Shown: in pieces, positions 1-10,100 of the stretch
Layout of the letters: every line of letters begins with the position of its first letter
Numbering within the stretch: the first letter of the stretch is position 1
NCBI GenBank assembly: GCA_035702105.1
Contig: DASSQZ010000148.1
Span: 1-52,779 of the forward strand
DNA length: 52,779 nt
DNA from: Myxococcales bacterium
GTDB lineage: Bacteria > Myxococcota > Myxococcia > Myxococcales > 40CM-4-68-19
Direction: 5' to 3'
Position numbers and translations under genes: made by a program
The notes under the pieces: model-generated
What the model saw: the letters and a program-made list of their open reading frames with translations, nothing else
Databases searched by the model: none
What the model was told of the DNA's origin: nothing

Positions 1-151
1 GCATCCAGCCAGGACCGCCCTGTCTTGACGTGGTCCCCGCAAGGGTGCCTGATCTTCCTCGCGCTGATTGCGCCATTCGCGACTCGCCTCGCCAACACGT
101 CGCGCTCTGACCATCCCGGCCCCTCGCGAATGAGCTGAAAGGGGGTCCGCC

Positions 152-1237
152 ATGAGCGAGCCACACAACCAGGTCGTCCAGGTCACGCGTTTCGGCAGTC
201 CCGACGGGCTGGAGGTCGTCGACGCTCCCCTGCCGACGGCCGGCCGGGGCGAGGTGCGGGTCCGCACGCTCGCCGCGAGCGTGGAGTACACCGACATCAC
301 CATCCGGCGCCATCTCTACCCCTGGGTCTGGCGCCGGCCGCCCTTCGTGATGGGCTACGACGTCGTCGGGGAGATCGACCAGGTCGGCGGCGGCGTGAGC
401 GGCTTCCAGGTCGGCGACCGGGTCGCTGACATGACCGTCATCGGGTCGGACGCCGCGTATCGAACGCTCCGGGCCGACCACCTGACCCGCGTGCCCGAGG
501 GCGTCGACGCGGCCGAGGCGTCGGCGCTGATCCTGAGCTGGACCACCGCATACCAGCTCCTCCACCGCTCGGCCCGGGTGCAGAAGGGGCAGCGCGTGCT
601 GGTGCATGGAGCCGCCGGCGCCGTCGGCCAGGCGCTGCTCGTGCTCGGCAAGCTGGCCGGACTCGAGCTGTGGGGAACCGCGCGCGGCGCGCATGCGGAC
701 CTGGTTCGCGGGCTGGGCGGAACGCCCATCGACTACCAGCGCGAGGACTTCACGCGCGCGCTGCCCGGCGGGTTCGACGTCGTCTTCGACGGCGTGGGGG
801 AGGACGGCTTCCGCCGCTCGCTCGCGGCGCTCAGGCCCGGCGGCCTGCTCTGCTTCTACGGGTACTCCGCGGCGGTGCAGGCGAACCGCGGCGCCGCCAC
901 GATCGCCGGGTGGATCGCGCGCCTCTACCTGGGAAGCCACCTTCCGGGCGGCAAGCGCGCCCGCGGCTACTCGATCAACGTGATGCGGGCGCAACATCCG
1001 GCATGGTTCCGCGAAGATCTGGCGAAGCTGTTCGGCATGCTGGCAGCCGGCGCCATCCGGCCGCGGGTGGCCGATCGGATCTCGTTCGAGGAGGTGGCGG
1101 AGGCACACCGGCGTCTCGAGGCGGGCGGCCTCGACGGCAAGCTCGTCCTCTGCCCGGAGCTCCCCTCGCGACGCGACCGGGTGTCGCCGCAGCGCGAGCC
1201 GCGCCTCGCTCCCGCGCAGCCCACCTCGGCGAACTGA
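152..1237 (+). CDS. Zn-dependent/quinone oxidoreductase, medium-chain dehydrogenase/reductase (MDR) family
   Basis: 361-aa ORF. The RBS AAAGGGGG precedes the ATG. It has a GroES-like N-terminus (VRVRTLAASVEYTDI) and a Rossmann motif (HGAAGAVGQALLVLGKLAG) typical of NADPH:quinone reductase-like MDR proteins. Confidence 0.85.
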   Translation: MSEPHNQVVQVTRFGSPDGLEVVDAPLPTAGRGEVRVRTLAASVEYTDITIRRHLYPWVWRRPPFVMGYDVVGEIDQVGGGVSGFQVGDRVADMTVIGSDAAYRTLRADHLTRVPEGVDAAEASALILSWTTAYQLLHRSARVQKGQRVLVHGAAGAVGQALLVLGKLAGLELWGTARGAHADLVRGLGGTPIDYQREDFTRALPGGFDVVFDGVGEDGFRRSLAALRPGGLLCFYGYSAAVQANRGAATIAGWIARLYLGSHLPGGKRARGYSINVMRAQHPAWFREDLAKLFGMLAAGAIRPRVADRISFEEVAEAHRRLEAGGLDGKLVLCPELPSRRDRVSPQREPRLAPAQPTSAN

Positions 1238-1311
1238 GCCGCCGGGGAGCGGATCCTCCCGGACCGGCCGGCATCGTAGAGGTCCATACCGATCGACGGG
1301 AGACCTCCGCC

Positions 1312-2271
1312 GTGTTCGAGACTTCTGCCCTGGCTTCGGCCCGGCCTCGCCGCATCCAGGCGCTCGTCGCCTTCCTTGCCATCTACGTGATCTGGGGCTC
1401 CACGTTCCTGGCCATCCGCTTCGCCGTCGAATCGATTCCGCCCTTGCTCACCGCCGCGACCCGGCACCTGGTCGCGGGCTCCATCCTGCTGGCGTGGGCG
1501 CTCTGGAAGGGCGAGCGGCCGACGCGCCAGGGATGGCGGGCAGGGATCATCCTCGGCTTCCTCTTCTTCTTCGTCAGCCACGGCCTCCTGCACTGGGCGG
1601 AGCTGAAGGTGCCTTCCGGCGTGGCCGCCCTGGTGATCGCCGTGGAGCCGGCCATCGTGGCGCTGCTCTTGCCGCTCCTGAAGCTGGGCCCCGCGCCGCG
1701 AGGCGTGACCTGGGCAGGCCTGGCCCTGGGCGCCGCGAGCGTCGCGCTCCTCTTCCGGCCGGAGGTCTCCGCCGGAGTGGGCGTCTCCATCTCCCTGGCG
1801 GCGGTGCTGATCAGCGCCATCTCCTGGTCGCTGGGCATCGTGTACTCGCGCAAGCTGCAGCCGGCGGACGGCTCCACCCTCAATGCCGCCTTGCCGCTTT
1901 TGTGCGGTTCCCTGATGCTGCTGGCAGGCGGGCTCCTGCTCGGCGAGCATCACGGCTTCCATCCCGGACGGGTCCCGGCTCCGTCGATCCTCGGCCTGCT
2001 CTTCCTCGTCTTCTTCGGGTCGCTGACGGCGTTCAGCGCCTACGCGTGGCTGCTCAAGCACTTCGAGCCGACGCTCGTCGCGACGCACACCTACGTGAAT
2101 CCCATCGTCGCGGTGCTGCTCGGCTGGGCGCTCGCCGGAGAGAGGGTGAGCGGCTCGGTCCTCCTCTCGATGGCCCTTGCGGTCCTGGCCATCTGGCTGG
2201 TGAACCATGGCGGCCGGCGCGCCGCGGTTCGCGAGCCGGACACCGACGCGCTTGCCGCAGGCGCCCGCTAG
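1312..2271 (+). CDS. EamA/DMT-superfamily transporter (10 TM, RarD/YedA-like)
   Basis: Translation from the GTG at 1312 (GGGAGA RBS about 10 nt upstream) gives IYVIWGSTFLAIRFAVESIPP... and a second EamA-like half (SLTAFSAYAWLLKHFEPTLVATHTYVNPIVAVLLGWALAGE). The in-frame upstream part of ORF 670..2271 is GC-frame noise that overlaps gene 152..1237. Confidence 0.8.
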   Translation: MFETSALASARPRRIQALVAFLAIYVIWGSTFLAIRFAVESIPPLLTAATRHLVAGSILLAWALWKGERPTRQGWRAGIILGFLFFFVSHGLLHWAELKVPSGVAALVIAVEPAIVALLLPLLKLGPAPRGVTWAGLALGAASVALLFRPEVSAGVGVSISLAAVLISAISWSLGIVYSRKLQPADGSTLNAALPLLCGSLMLLAGGLLLGEHHGFHPGRVPAPSILGLLFLVFFGSLTAFSAYAWLLKHFEPTLVATHTYVNPIVAVLLGWALAGERVSGSVLLSMALAVLAIWLVNHGGRRAAVREPDTDALAAGAR

Positions 2272-2381
2272 ACCCGCTAGGACCACGCCAGTACCTGCAA
2301 TTCTTGTTCTCAGGCTCCTCCAACCATCGCGGCCGTCTACGGCAGATCGAACCTCCCCGGTGAAACGCATGTCAGCCCGCC

Positions 2382-5300
2382 GTGCTACCAATGCGGAGCA
2401 TGACCGACCGCCCCGGCCGCGTGCGCTCGCTCCCCCAACTCGCCTGGCTTGCCGAGAGGTCTCCAGCGCTCGACGTGGCGCTGACGATGGCCGTCGAGCA
2501 GATGCCACTTGCCTCCGAGGTGCGCGCGCGGCTGGCCGCCCTGGGCCGCTCGAGCCCGATGAGCGTGCGCGAGTTCCTCCACCGGCGCGATCTGCACCGC
2601 AAGCTCCAGGGCGTCGGCATCCTCGAACCGGTCCTCGCCGCCTTCCAGACCTGGGTCGAGCGTGCACCGGCGCCGCCTGGCGGCGGAAGGGATCTGCAAC
2701 AGCTCGTTGCCGCCGCCGGCGTTCCCGATCTGCTGGAGTGGACCGCGGGCACCCTCGAGCCCTCCTTGCCGTTCGACCTTGCTCCCCGCACGTTGAGGGC
2801 GCTCACGCAGGAGCGGGGTCTCCGGCCGCAGCGCGCGCAGCTCCTTCGCGAGGCGCTGGCCGGATTCGTCCGACGTGTGGAGAAGGCCCGCGCGGCCCCG
2901 CCCCCTGAACTGCGTCCCACCGGCGACCAGCGGCTCGACTCGTTCCGCGGCGGGCTCCAGGCGCTGCGAGGGCCGCTTCTGTCCGGATGGCCGCGCGGGT
3001 TGGTGCCGGCGCGGATGCAGGTGCGCGAGGAAGGCAATTCGCTTTGGATCGGCCTGGAGACGGGAGGCGACGACGAGCTCGACCATCCCGAGCTGAACAG
3101 CCGCTATTTCTGGCGTTACCGGGCCCCGAGCTCCCTGCGGCAGCTCTGCATCCCCAACCTCTCGGACTGGGAGCGCAAGCTGGAGCTGCGCTGCGAGTGC
3201 CGGCGAGCCGCGTGCATCCACCGCGCGCTCGCCCTGGACGCGCTGCTCGAACACACCGGCACCCCGGCGGGGGCTCGCGCCATCGCGCCCCTGCTTTCAC
3301 CCCGCTGGCAGCGCGCGCTGGATCTGTTGTCGGCGCCCGAACGCGAAGACAAGCGGACGGCGTCCGGCTCGCTCTCGTTCGTGGTCGCGCCACATGGCGC
3401 CCACATCTTCTTCCACATGGAAGGCAAGCGCGGCCCGTCGCGCAGCGGCAAGGAGTTGCACGGGAACCTCGCCTCCTTCATTCCGCGCCTGCGCGGCCAC
3501 GACCGCAAGATCGCCGAGACGTGGGCGCTGGCCGGCCCTGGTCATCGGGACGACCGCAATCCGTTCTACGGAGACGCGCTCCTGCTCCTGGCCGGCCACC
3601 CCGCGGTGCGGCTCGACCCCCGCGGCCCTTGCGTACCGGTCGAGGTGGAGCGCGCGTCGGCGCGGGTGGTGGAGACCGGAGGCGGCGTTGCCATCTCGGT
3701 CATCGCGGCCGGCCAGGAGCTGGAAGCCGACGCGAGCGGCTTTCCCTCCTCTTCCGGCTACGTCCTGGTGCGGCCGGCGCAGGACCGGGTGCGGCTGGTG
3801 GTGGTGCCCAGGGAGCTGCAGCGGCTCCTTTCGGCGATCCACCTCCATGGCGCGACCTTCCCGCGCGAGGCCTTGCCCGGGCTGGTGAGCGTGCTCCCGC
3901 GCATCGAAGCGGCGGCGGAAGTCGAGCTGCCCGACGATCTGCGCGGTGAAGAGGTTCGTGCCGGGAGCCGGCCCGTGCTGCGCATCTCTCCCTCGGGCAC
4001 CGGCCTGTTGCTCCAAGTGCGCGTCGAGCCGCTTCCCGGAGGTCCCCTGTTCGTGCCGGGCCACGGCGCTCCGCTCTCGGCGGCATTCGACGGCGCGCGC
4101 CGAAGGTTCGCGCGGCGCGACTTCGAGCGGGAGCTGGCCGAGGCAACGGCGGTGGTTGCCGAGTTGGGCCTCGATCCCGCCGGCGCGAGCGAGCCGTACG
4201 CCTTCGCGATCGATGCAGGAGAGGCAGGCGTCGAGACCTTGCGCCGCGTCCATCATCTGGCGGCGCGTCAGGCGGGTCCGGGCGTGGAATGGACCGGGCC
4301 GCGCCCGCGCTTCACCACGCCGGCGCGGCTCGATCGGCTGCGGCTGCGGATCGAGAAGAAGCGTGACTGGTTCGGCCTCGAAGGGGAGGTGCAGGTCGAT
4401 GGCCGGCGGGTTGCGCTCGCCGCGCTGCTGGAGGCGGCGCGGAGCCGGCGCCGGTGGGTCCAGCTCGCACCCGGCGACTATGCCGAGCTGTCGGAAGAGC
4501 TGATCGCGCGGCTCTCGCCGCTCTCGCACGTCGCCGGGGACGAGGAGACGCCGACGCTCACCCTGGGCACGGTGCCGCTGGTCGAGGCGCTCGCGCCGGA
4601 AGTCGAGGAGATCGACGCCATCGCGGGTTGGAGGAAGCTGACCGAGCGGCTGGCGCAGGCACGGGAACGGCCCTGTCCGCTGCCCGAAGGCCTTCACGGC
4701 GAGCTGCGCGACTACCAGATCGAGGGCTTTCGCTGGCTGTCGCGGCTGGCCGCATTCGGGGCCGGTGCCTGCCTCGCCGACGACATGGGGCTGGGCAAGA
4801 CGCTGCAGGCGCTGGCCCTCCTGCTCTCGCGCGCTTCGCTCGGGCCGGCGCTGGTGGTCGCGCCGACTTCCGTCCTTCACGCCTGGCGCGTGGAGGCGGC
4901 GCGGTTCGCCCCCGGGCTGCGCCTGCGCTTCTTCCACGAGGGCGATCGCGACCTTTCGGCGCCCGGGCCTGGGGACGTGGTGGTGGTGAGCTGGACCTCG
5001 TTCGCCCGGCAGGGCGAGTTGTTCGCCGGGCGCACCTTCGCCACCGCCGTGCTCGACGAGGCCCACGCGGTCAAGAACTCCGGCACGCAGCGGGCCCGGG
5101 CGGCCCATGCGCTGCAGGCAGAATTCGTGGTGGCGCTCACCGGCACGCCGGTGGAGAACCACGCCGGCGAGCTGTGGAGCCTGTTCCGCGCCACGCTGCC
5201 GTCGCTTCTCGGATCGGAGGAATCGTTCCGGCGGCGCTTCGCCTCGGGCGCGCCGGACGCGATGAAGGCGCTCGCCGCGCTGGTGCAGCCGTTCATCCTG

Positions 5301-6053
5301 CGCAGGACCAAGGCGCAGGTGGCCCACGAGCTGCCGCCGCGCACCGAGACCGATCTGCTGGTTCCCCTCTCCCCCGAGGAGCGCGCGCTCTACGACGACG
5401 TGCGTCTCTCCGCCGCGGCGGACCTCGGCGACCTCACCGGCGAGAAGGCGCGCTTCCAGGTGCTGGCGGCGCTCACCCGCCTGCGCCTCACCGCCTGTCA
5501 TCCGCGCCTCCAGGATCCTGGCTGGCGGGGGCCGGCCTCGAAGCTCGCGCGGCTGCTCGAGCTGGTCCGCGATCTGTCGGCCGCCGGGCACCGCGCGCTG
5601 GTGTTCTCCCAGTTCACGCAGCACCTGGCGCTGGTGGCCGATGCGCTGCGCGGCGACGGGATCGCCTTCTCGTACCTGGACGGGCAGGTGCCCGTGCCGG
5701 AGCGCGCGCGGCGGGTCGAAGCGTTCCAGAGCGGGGCGGGTGGCGATCTCTTCCTCATTTCCTTGAAGGCCGGCGGCACCGGGCTCACGCTGACGGCGGC
5801 CGACTACGTGATCCATCTCGACCCGTGGTGGAATCCGGCGGTGGAAGACCAGGCATCCGATCGCACACACCGAATCGGCCAGACGCGGCCCGTCACCGTG
5901 TACCGCCTCGTCGCCGAGGGGACCATCGAGCAGCAGATCCTCTCCTTGCACCAGGAGAAGCGCGAGCTGGTGGACGAGCTTCTCGCCGGTGCCGACCGCG
6001 CCGGCAAGCTGAGCGCCGAAGAGCTTGCCGGCCTGATCCGCGGGACCGGGTGA
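2382..6053 (+). CDS. SNF2-family ATP-dependent helicase/translocase with an N-terminal SWIM zinc finger
   Basis: 1223 aa. SWIM-like CxC...CxH motif (CECRRAACIHRAL). SNF2 N-domain motifs DYQIEGFRWL, DDMGLGKT, LDEAHAVKN. HELICc block (GGTGLTLTAADYVIHLDPWWNPAVEDQASDRTHRIGQTRPVTVYRL). Confidence 0.85.
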   Translation: MLPMRSMTDRPGRVRSLPQLAWLAERSPALDVALTMAVEQMPLASEVRARLAALGRSSPMSVREFLHRRDLHRKLQGVGILEPVLAAFQTWVERAPAPPGGGRDLQQLVAAAGVPDLLEWTAGTLEPSLPFDLAPRTLRALTQERGLRPQRAQLLREALAGFVRRVEKARAAPPPELRPTGDQRLDSFRGGLQALRGPLLSGWPRGLVPARMQVREEGNSLWIGLETGGDDELDHPELNSRYFWRYRAPSSLRQLCIPNLSDWERKLELRCECRRAACIHRALALDALLEHTGTPAGARAIAPLLSPRWQRALDLLSAPEREDKRTASGSLSFVVAPHGAHIFFHMEGKRGPSRSGKELHGNLASFIPRLRGHDRKIAETWALAGPGHRDDRNPFYGDALLLLAGHPAVRLDPRGPCVPVEVERASARVVETGGGVAISVIAAGQELEADASGFPSSSGYVLVRPAQDRVRLVVVPRELQRLLSAIHLHGATFPREALPGLVSVLPRIEAAAEVELPDDLRGEEVRAGSRPVLRISPSGTGLLLQVRVEPLPGGPLFVPGHGAPLSAAFDGARRRFARRDFERELAEATAVVAELGLDPAGASEPYAFAIDAGEAGVETLRRVHHLAARQAGPGVEWTGPRPRFTTPARLDRLRLRIEKKRDWFGLEGEVQVDGRRVALAALLEAARSRRRWVQLAPGDYAELSEELIARLSPLSHVAGDEETPTLTLGTVPLVEALAPEVEEIDAIAGWRKLTERLAQARERPCPLPEGLHGELRDYQIEGFRWLSRLAAFGAGACLADDMGLGKTLQALALLLSRASLGPALVVAPTSVLHAWRVEAARFAPGLRLRFFHEGDRDLSAPGPGDVVVVSWTSFARQGELFAGRTFATAVLDEAHAVKNSGTQRARAAHALQAEFVVALTGTPVENHAGELWSLFRATLPSLLGSEESFRRRFASGAPDAMKALAALVQPFILRRTKAQVAHELPPRTETDLLVPLSPEERALYDDVRLSAAADLGDLTGEKARFQVLAALTRLRLTACHPRLQDPGWRGPASKLARLLELVRDLSAAGHRALVFSQFTQHLALVADALRGDGIAFSYLDGQVPVPERARRVEAFQSGAGGDLFLISLKAGGTGLTLTAADYVIHLDPWWNPAVEDQASDRTHRIGQTRPVTVYRLVAEGTIEQQILSLHQEKRELVDELLAGADRAGKLSAEELAGLIRGTG

Positions 6054-6279
6054 GAACCCGTCGCTCCCGCCGCCCACGCCCTGCAGGTCGGTCGCGCCGC
6101 CGCCCTTGCGCGCCGATCGGAGGCGCTGCAGGAGGCTGTCGGGGGAGGCCCGGAACCTGGCCCCGAGGGTCGGGTTGCGGGCCGTTCCGTCGATTCCCCC
6201 GATTGGACGGGTCCATTGCCCATTGACGTGGGACCGCTCGATCATTGACAAGGAAGGTGGGCAAGCACCGGGGGGAGCC

Positions 6280-7044
6280 GTGGACTCGTCGAGCGATCCG
6301 AAGGAACCGGCGGCCGGAGAGGGTCCAGTCACGGCGCCCTCTTCGCTGCGCGTGTTCGTGCTGGCCGAAGTGCGCCTGTTCGCGGAGGGCCTCGCGCGCC
6401 TGCTCGCGGACGAGCCTTCCATCCAGGTGGTGGGCGTGTGCGCGCCGGATGAGCATGCTCCCTGGCGCACCGCGGCCGCCGCGCCGCAGGTGATGGTGCT
6501 GGATCGCTGCGCTGCGGGCTCGCCCGCGCTGGTCCGCTGCCTGATCGAGGCCAACCCGGGCTGCAGTCTCCTCGCCGTCGGCGTGGCCGCGGACGAGGCA
6601 GAGGTACTGGCCTGCGTCGAGGCCGGCGTGGGAGGCTTCGTGGAGAAGAGCGCGCCGGCGCGCGGCCTGGTGGAGGGCGTGCGCGAGATCGCGCATGGAA
6701 AGTTTCCCTGCCCGCCCGACGTCGCCGCGGTCCTCTTCCGCCACATCGCCGCTCCGGCGGTGCGCCCGGTGAACGGATTCGCGGTGCTCACCGCGCGCGA
6801 GCGCGAGATCGCCGCGCTGATCGATCGCGGCCTCACCAACCGGGAAATCGGTTCGGCCCTGTCGATCGAGCTTGCGACGGTGAAGAACCACGTCCACAAC
6901 ATCCTGGAGAAGCTGCGCGTGCGGCGACGTGCTGCGGCCGCCGCCAAATTGCGAGCCGCGGACGCGGCTTTGCCGAAGGATCTAGATCCGCTCGCAGTCC
7001 CGGGGGTCAATCGGTCCATTCCCCGCATTCAGGCGATTCGCTAG
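6280..7044 (+). CDS. LuxR/NarL-type transcriptional regulator with a degenerate N-terminal receiver domain
   Basis: The C-terminal LuxR HTH is LTAREREIAALIDRGLTNREIGSALSIELATVKNHVHNILEKLRV. The N-terminal receiver-like fold has AE where the acidic DD pair normally sits, but keeps the LD at the phospho-acceptor position. The start is a GTG at 6280 with a GGGGGAG RBS. The ORF track begins at an upstream ATG at 6106, which is less likely. Confidence 0.7.
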   Translation: MDSSSDPKEPAAGEGPVTAPSSLRVFVLAEVRLFAEGLARLLADEPSIQVVGVCAPDEHAPWRTAAAAPQVMVLDRCAAGSPALVRCLIEANPGCSLLAVGVAADEAEVLACVEAGVGGFVEKSAPARGLVEGVREIAHGKFPCPPDVAAVLFRHIAAPAVRPVNGFAVLTAREREIAALIDRGLTNREIGSALSIELATVKNHVHNILEKLRVRRRAAAAAKLRAADAALPKDLDPLAVPGVNRSIPRIQAIR

Positions 7045-7127
7045 AGAGCCGTCTCCGAACCAGTCGAGGCTTTAGCGGTTCCCGGCCGGCCGGCGCGCGC
7101 CGCCGGATTCGCCGAAGGAGACGGGCC

Positions 7128-10100
7128 ATGCCGACACGCTCGATCTGCAGCCAGCGCCGGAGCCGATGGATGCCGGGCCGGGCCGGGCGGATCTGTGCCG
7201 CACTCGCCGCATCGCTCCTCGCCGCAGGCGCGTACGCCGACCCGCTCCTGGACGGCGCCGCGTACCTCGCCGGAACGCAGGCAGCCGACGGAAGCTGGGC
7301 GAGTCCGCGGGTGCGCAGCGCGACCGCCACGGCCGAGGCGCTGCGGGCGCTGCAGGCCCTGGGAGCCGCTCCCTCCGCGCGCGCGGCCGCCGTCTCGAGC
7401 CTGCAGGCGGTCCCGGTGGAGGACAGCGACGATCGCGCGCGCCGCATCCTCGCGCTGCAGGGAGCCTCGGACGTGGGCGCGCTCATCGTCCAACTCGGCG
7501 CCGACGCGGACGCGGGCGGCGGATGGGGGCTGACGGGCTTCTACGCCGCCGAGCCGCTGGCCACCTCGCTCGCGCTTTCGGCCGTAGCGCCCGGCACGGC
7601 GCTCGGCGACGCCGTGCTCGTGCCGGCGCTCTCCGCCCTCCTCCGCGATCAGCGCTCCGACGGCGGCTGGCCCTGCGTCGAGGGCGGGCCGAGCGATCTC
7701 TACTGTTCCGGATCGGCGCTCGTGGCGCTGGCCGGCTACCGCGCCCGCTTCTACGTCCAACCGCAGATCGCCGCCGGGGCTGCCTTCCTCAAAGGACAGC
7801 TCGGCGCGGGCGGCAGCTTCGGGCCGCCGGACGGCGATCCCATCCTCTCCACCGCCGTGGCGGCGCTGGCGCTGGCGTCGGTTCCCGCCGTCTCTTCCGA
7901 GGTGCCGTCGATTTCCGCGTACCTCGCCGGGACGCAAGACGCCGGCGGAAGCTGGGAGAGCGATCCCTATACCACCGCGGTGGTGCTGCAGGCGCTGGTG
8001 GCGCTGGCGCACCTGCCCTTCTGCGGCGACGCCGTGGCCAATCTGTCCGAGGCCTGCGACGGCCCGGATCTGCGCGGCGCCACCTGCGGGAGCATCGGGC
8101 AGGGGACGGGCGCCCTCTCCTGCACCGCTTCCTGCACCCTGGACAGCAGCGGCTGCTCGGGTCCACCCCGCTGCGGCGACGGCGCCGTCAACCTGCCCGC
8201 CGAGGCGTGCGACGGCGCCGATCTCTCCGGGCTCACCTGCGAGGCCCTGGGCCTGGGGCCCGGCACTCTCGCCTGCACCGCGGAGTGCAAGTTCGACACG
8301 CTGGGCTGCTCCGCGCCGCCCCGCTGCGGCGATGGCGTGATCAACCAGGCGCTGGAGTCCTGCGACGGCGCGGACCTGGGCGGCCACACCTGCAAGGACG
8401 TCGGCTTCCTCAGCGGAACGCTGAGCTGCAACCCCGACTGCACGCTCAACGCCGGCGCCTGCGCCGGAGCGCCCTTCTGCGGCGACGGCGTCATCGACCA
8501 GGCGTCGGAAGAGTGCGACCGCCTGGACCTCGCCGGCAAGACCTGCGAGAGCCTGGGCCTGGGCGCAGGCACCCTGGCCTGCACCTCCACCTGCAAGCTG
8601 CAGACGGCGGGATGCGCGTCCTCGGGCGCCGCCGCCCCGCGCTCCATCACGCTGGATGCCGGCTCGCCCATCTGCACCGGCGGCGCCCAGACCGTGCCCG
8701 CCTCCATCAACTTCCCCGCCGGATCGGTGATCGACAAGGTGGACGTCTTCCTGCTCTTCGACGACACCGGCAGTTTCGCCGGCACCGTGCCCTCGGTGAC
8801 GCAGATCTTCAGCCAGCTCGTGGGGCAGTTGCAGACGGCGCTGCCTCAGGTTTCGTTCGGATTCGGCGTCGGCCGGTTCGAGGACTACGGCGGCCCGGGC
8901 GCGAGCTTCAGCGGCGAGGTGAGCACCGGGCGGCCCTTCATCCTCAACCAGCCCATCATCACGCCGGAGGTCGCCAACTTCCTCCCGCTGATCAACAGCG
9001 CCCTCAATCGCACCGCGCCCGGCTTCGGGGGCGACGGCCCCGAGGGCAACATCGAGGCGCTCAAGCAGATCGCCACCGGGTCCGGATTCGACGGCGACGG
9101 CAACGGCTCCACCCTGGGCAGCGGGGCGGCCGGCGCGGCGCTCACCCAGACCTCTCCCGGCGCCAGCGGCGACATCCCCGCCTTCTCGTCGAACGTCGCA
9201 ACCACCTCGGGATCGCTGGGCGGCGTCGGCTTCCGCCCCGGGGCGCTGCACCTCGTGATCAGCGCCGGCGACATCTGCCCGGTGGCGTCCTTCCTCGCCG
9301 GCCAGCCGGTGCCGCCGTCGTTGACCGGCGCAGGCGGCGCCACGGTGCCCACCAGCGCGCTGCTCTGCTCCACCGTGCCGGGCTCGTCGCGCTTCGGCTT
9401 CGTCAGCAACTCCGTCTCCACCACCGGCAACACGGTCGCGGCTGCGGTTGCCCCGCGCGGCGCCGCCACGGTGCCCGAGACCATCGCCGCCCTCAACGCG
9501 CTGGGCATCTCGGTGATCGGCCTCGCGCCGGGGGGAGTGGCCATCCGCAACCCGGTGGGTCCCAGCTCCTCGCCCAGCGTGTCGCTCTCGGCGCTGGCGC
9601 TCCTCACCGGCTCCACCAACGCCCTCGGCAACCCGCTGGTCTTCAACATCTCCGGCGGCACCGGTCCCATCCGCGACGCCATCGTGAGCGCGGTGACCTC
9701 CGCCGCCACCCGGCCGCGCGACGTCTCGCTCACCTTCACCGGGCTTCCCGCCGGCTTGACCGCGAGCTTCACGCCAGGCTCGGTTCCCGGCGTGGGGCCG
9801 GGAGACACCGCGGCCTTCGCGGTCACCTTCTCGGGCGACGGCCGCGTGATCACCGGCGCCTTCGGAATGAACTTCGTGGACATCTCCAGCAACGCCACGC
9901 TGGCGACCGTGCCGGTGACGGCGGCCTGCCTGCCGGTGCCTCCTCTCCCGCCGGACAACGACGGCGACGGCTACCGCGCCGACGTGGACTGCAACGACAA
10001 CGATCCGGCGGTGAATCCGGGCGCGACCGAGATCCCCGGCAATGGCATCGACGACGACTGCAATCCGGCGACCCCGGACGAGGTGCCGCTGGATTCGGCC

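Noticed and set aside
25-60. TTGACG ... TGATCT sigma70-like promoter upstream of gene 152..1237
   Set aside because: The spacing (19 nt) and the -10 match are poor, so it is not reported as a feature.
3297-7028. 1243-aa minus-strand ORF antisense to the SNF2 helicase and the LuxR regulator
   Set aside because: It has no start context and no motifs. Its Arg/Gly-rich composition is the mirror of the SNF2 coding frame.
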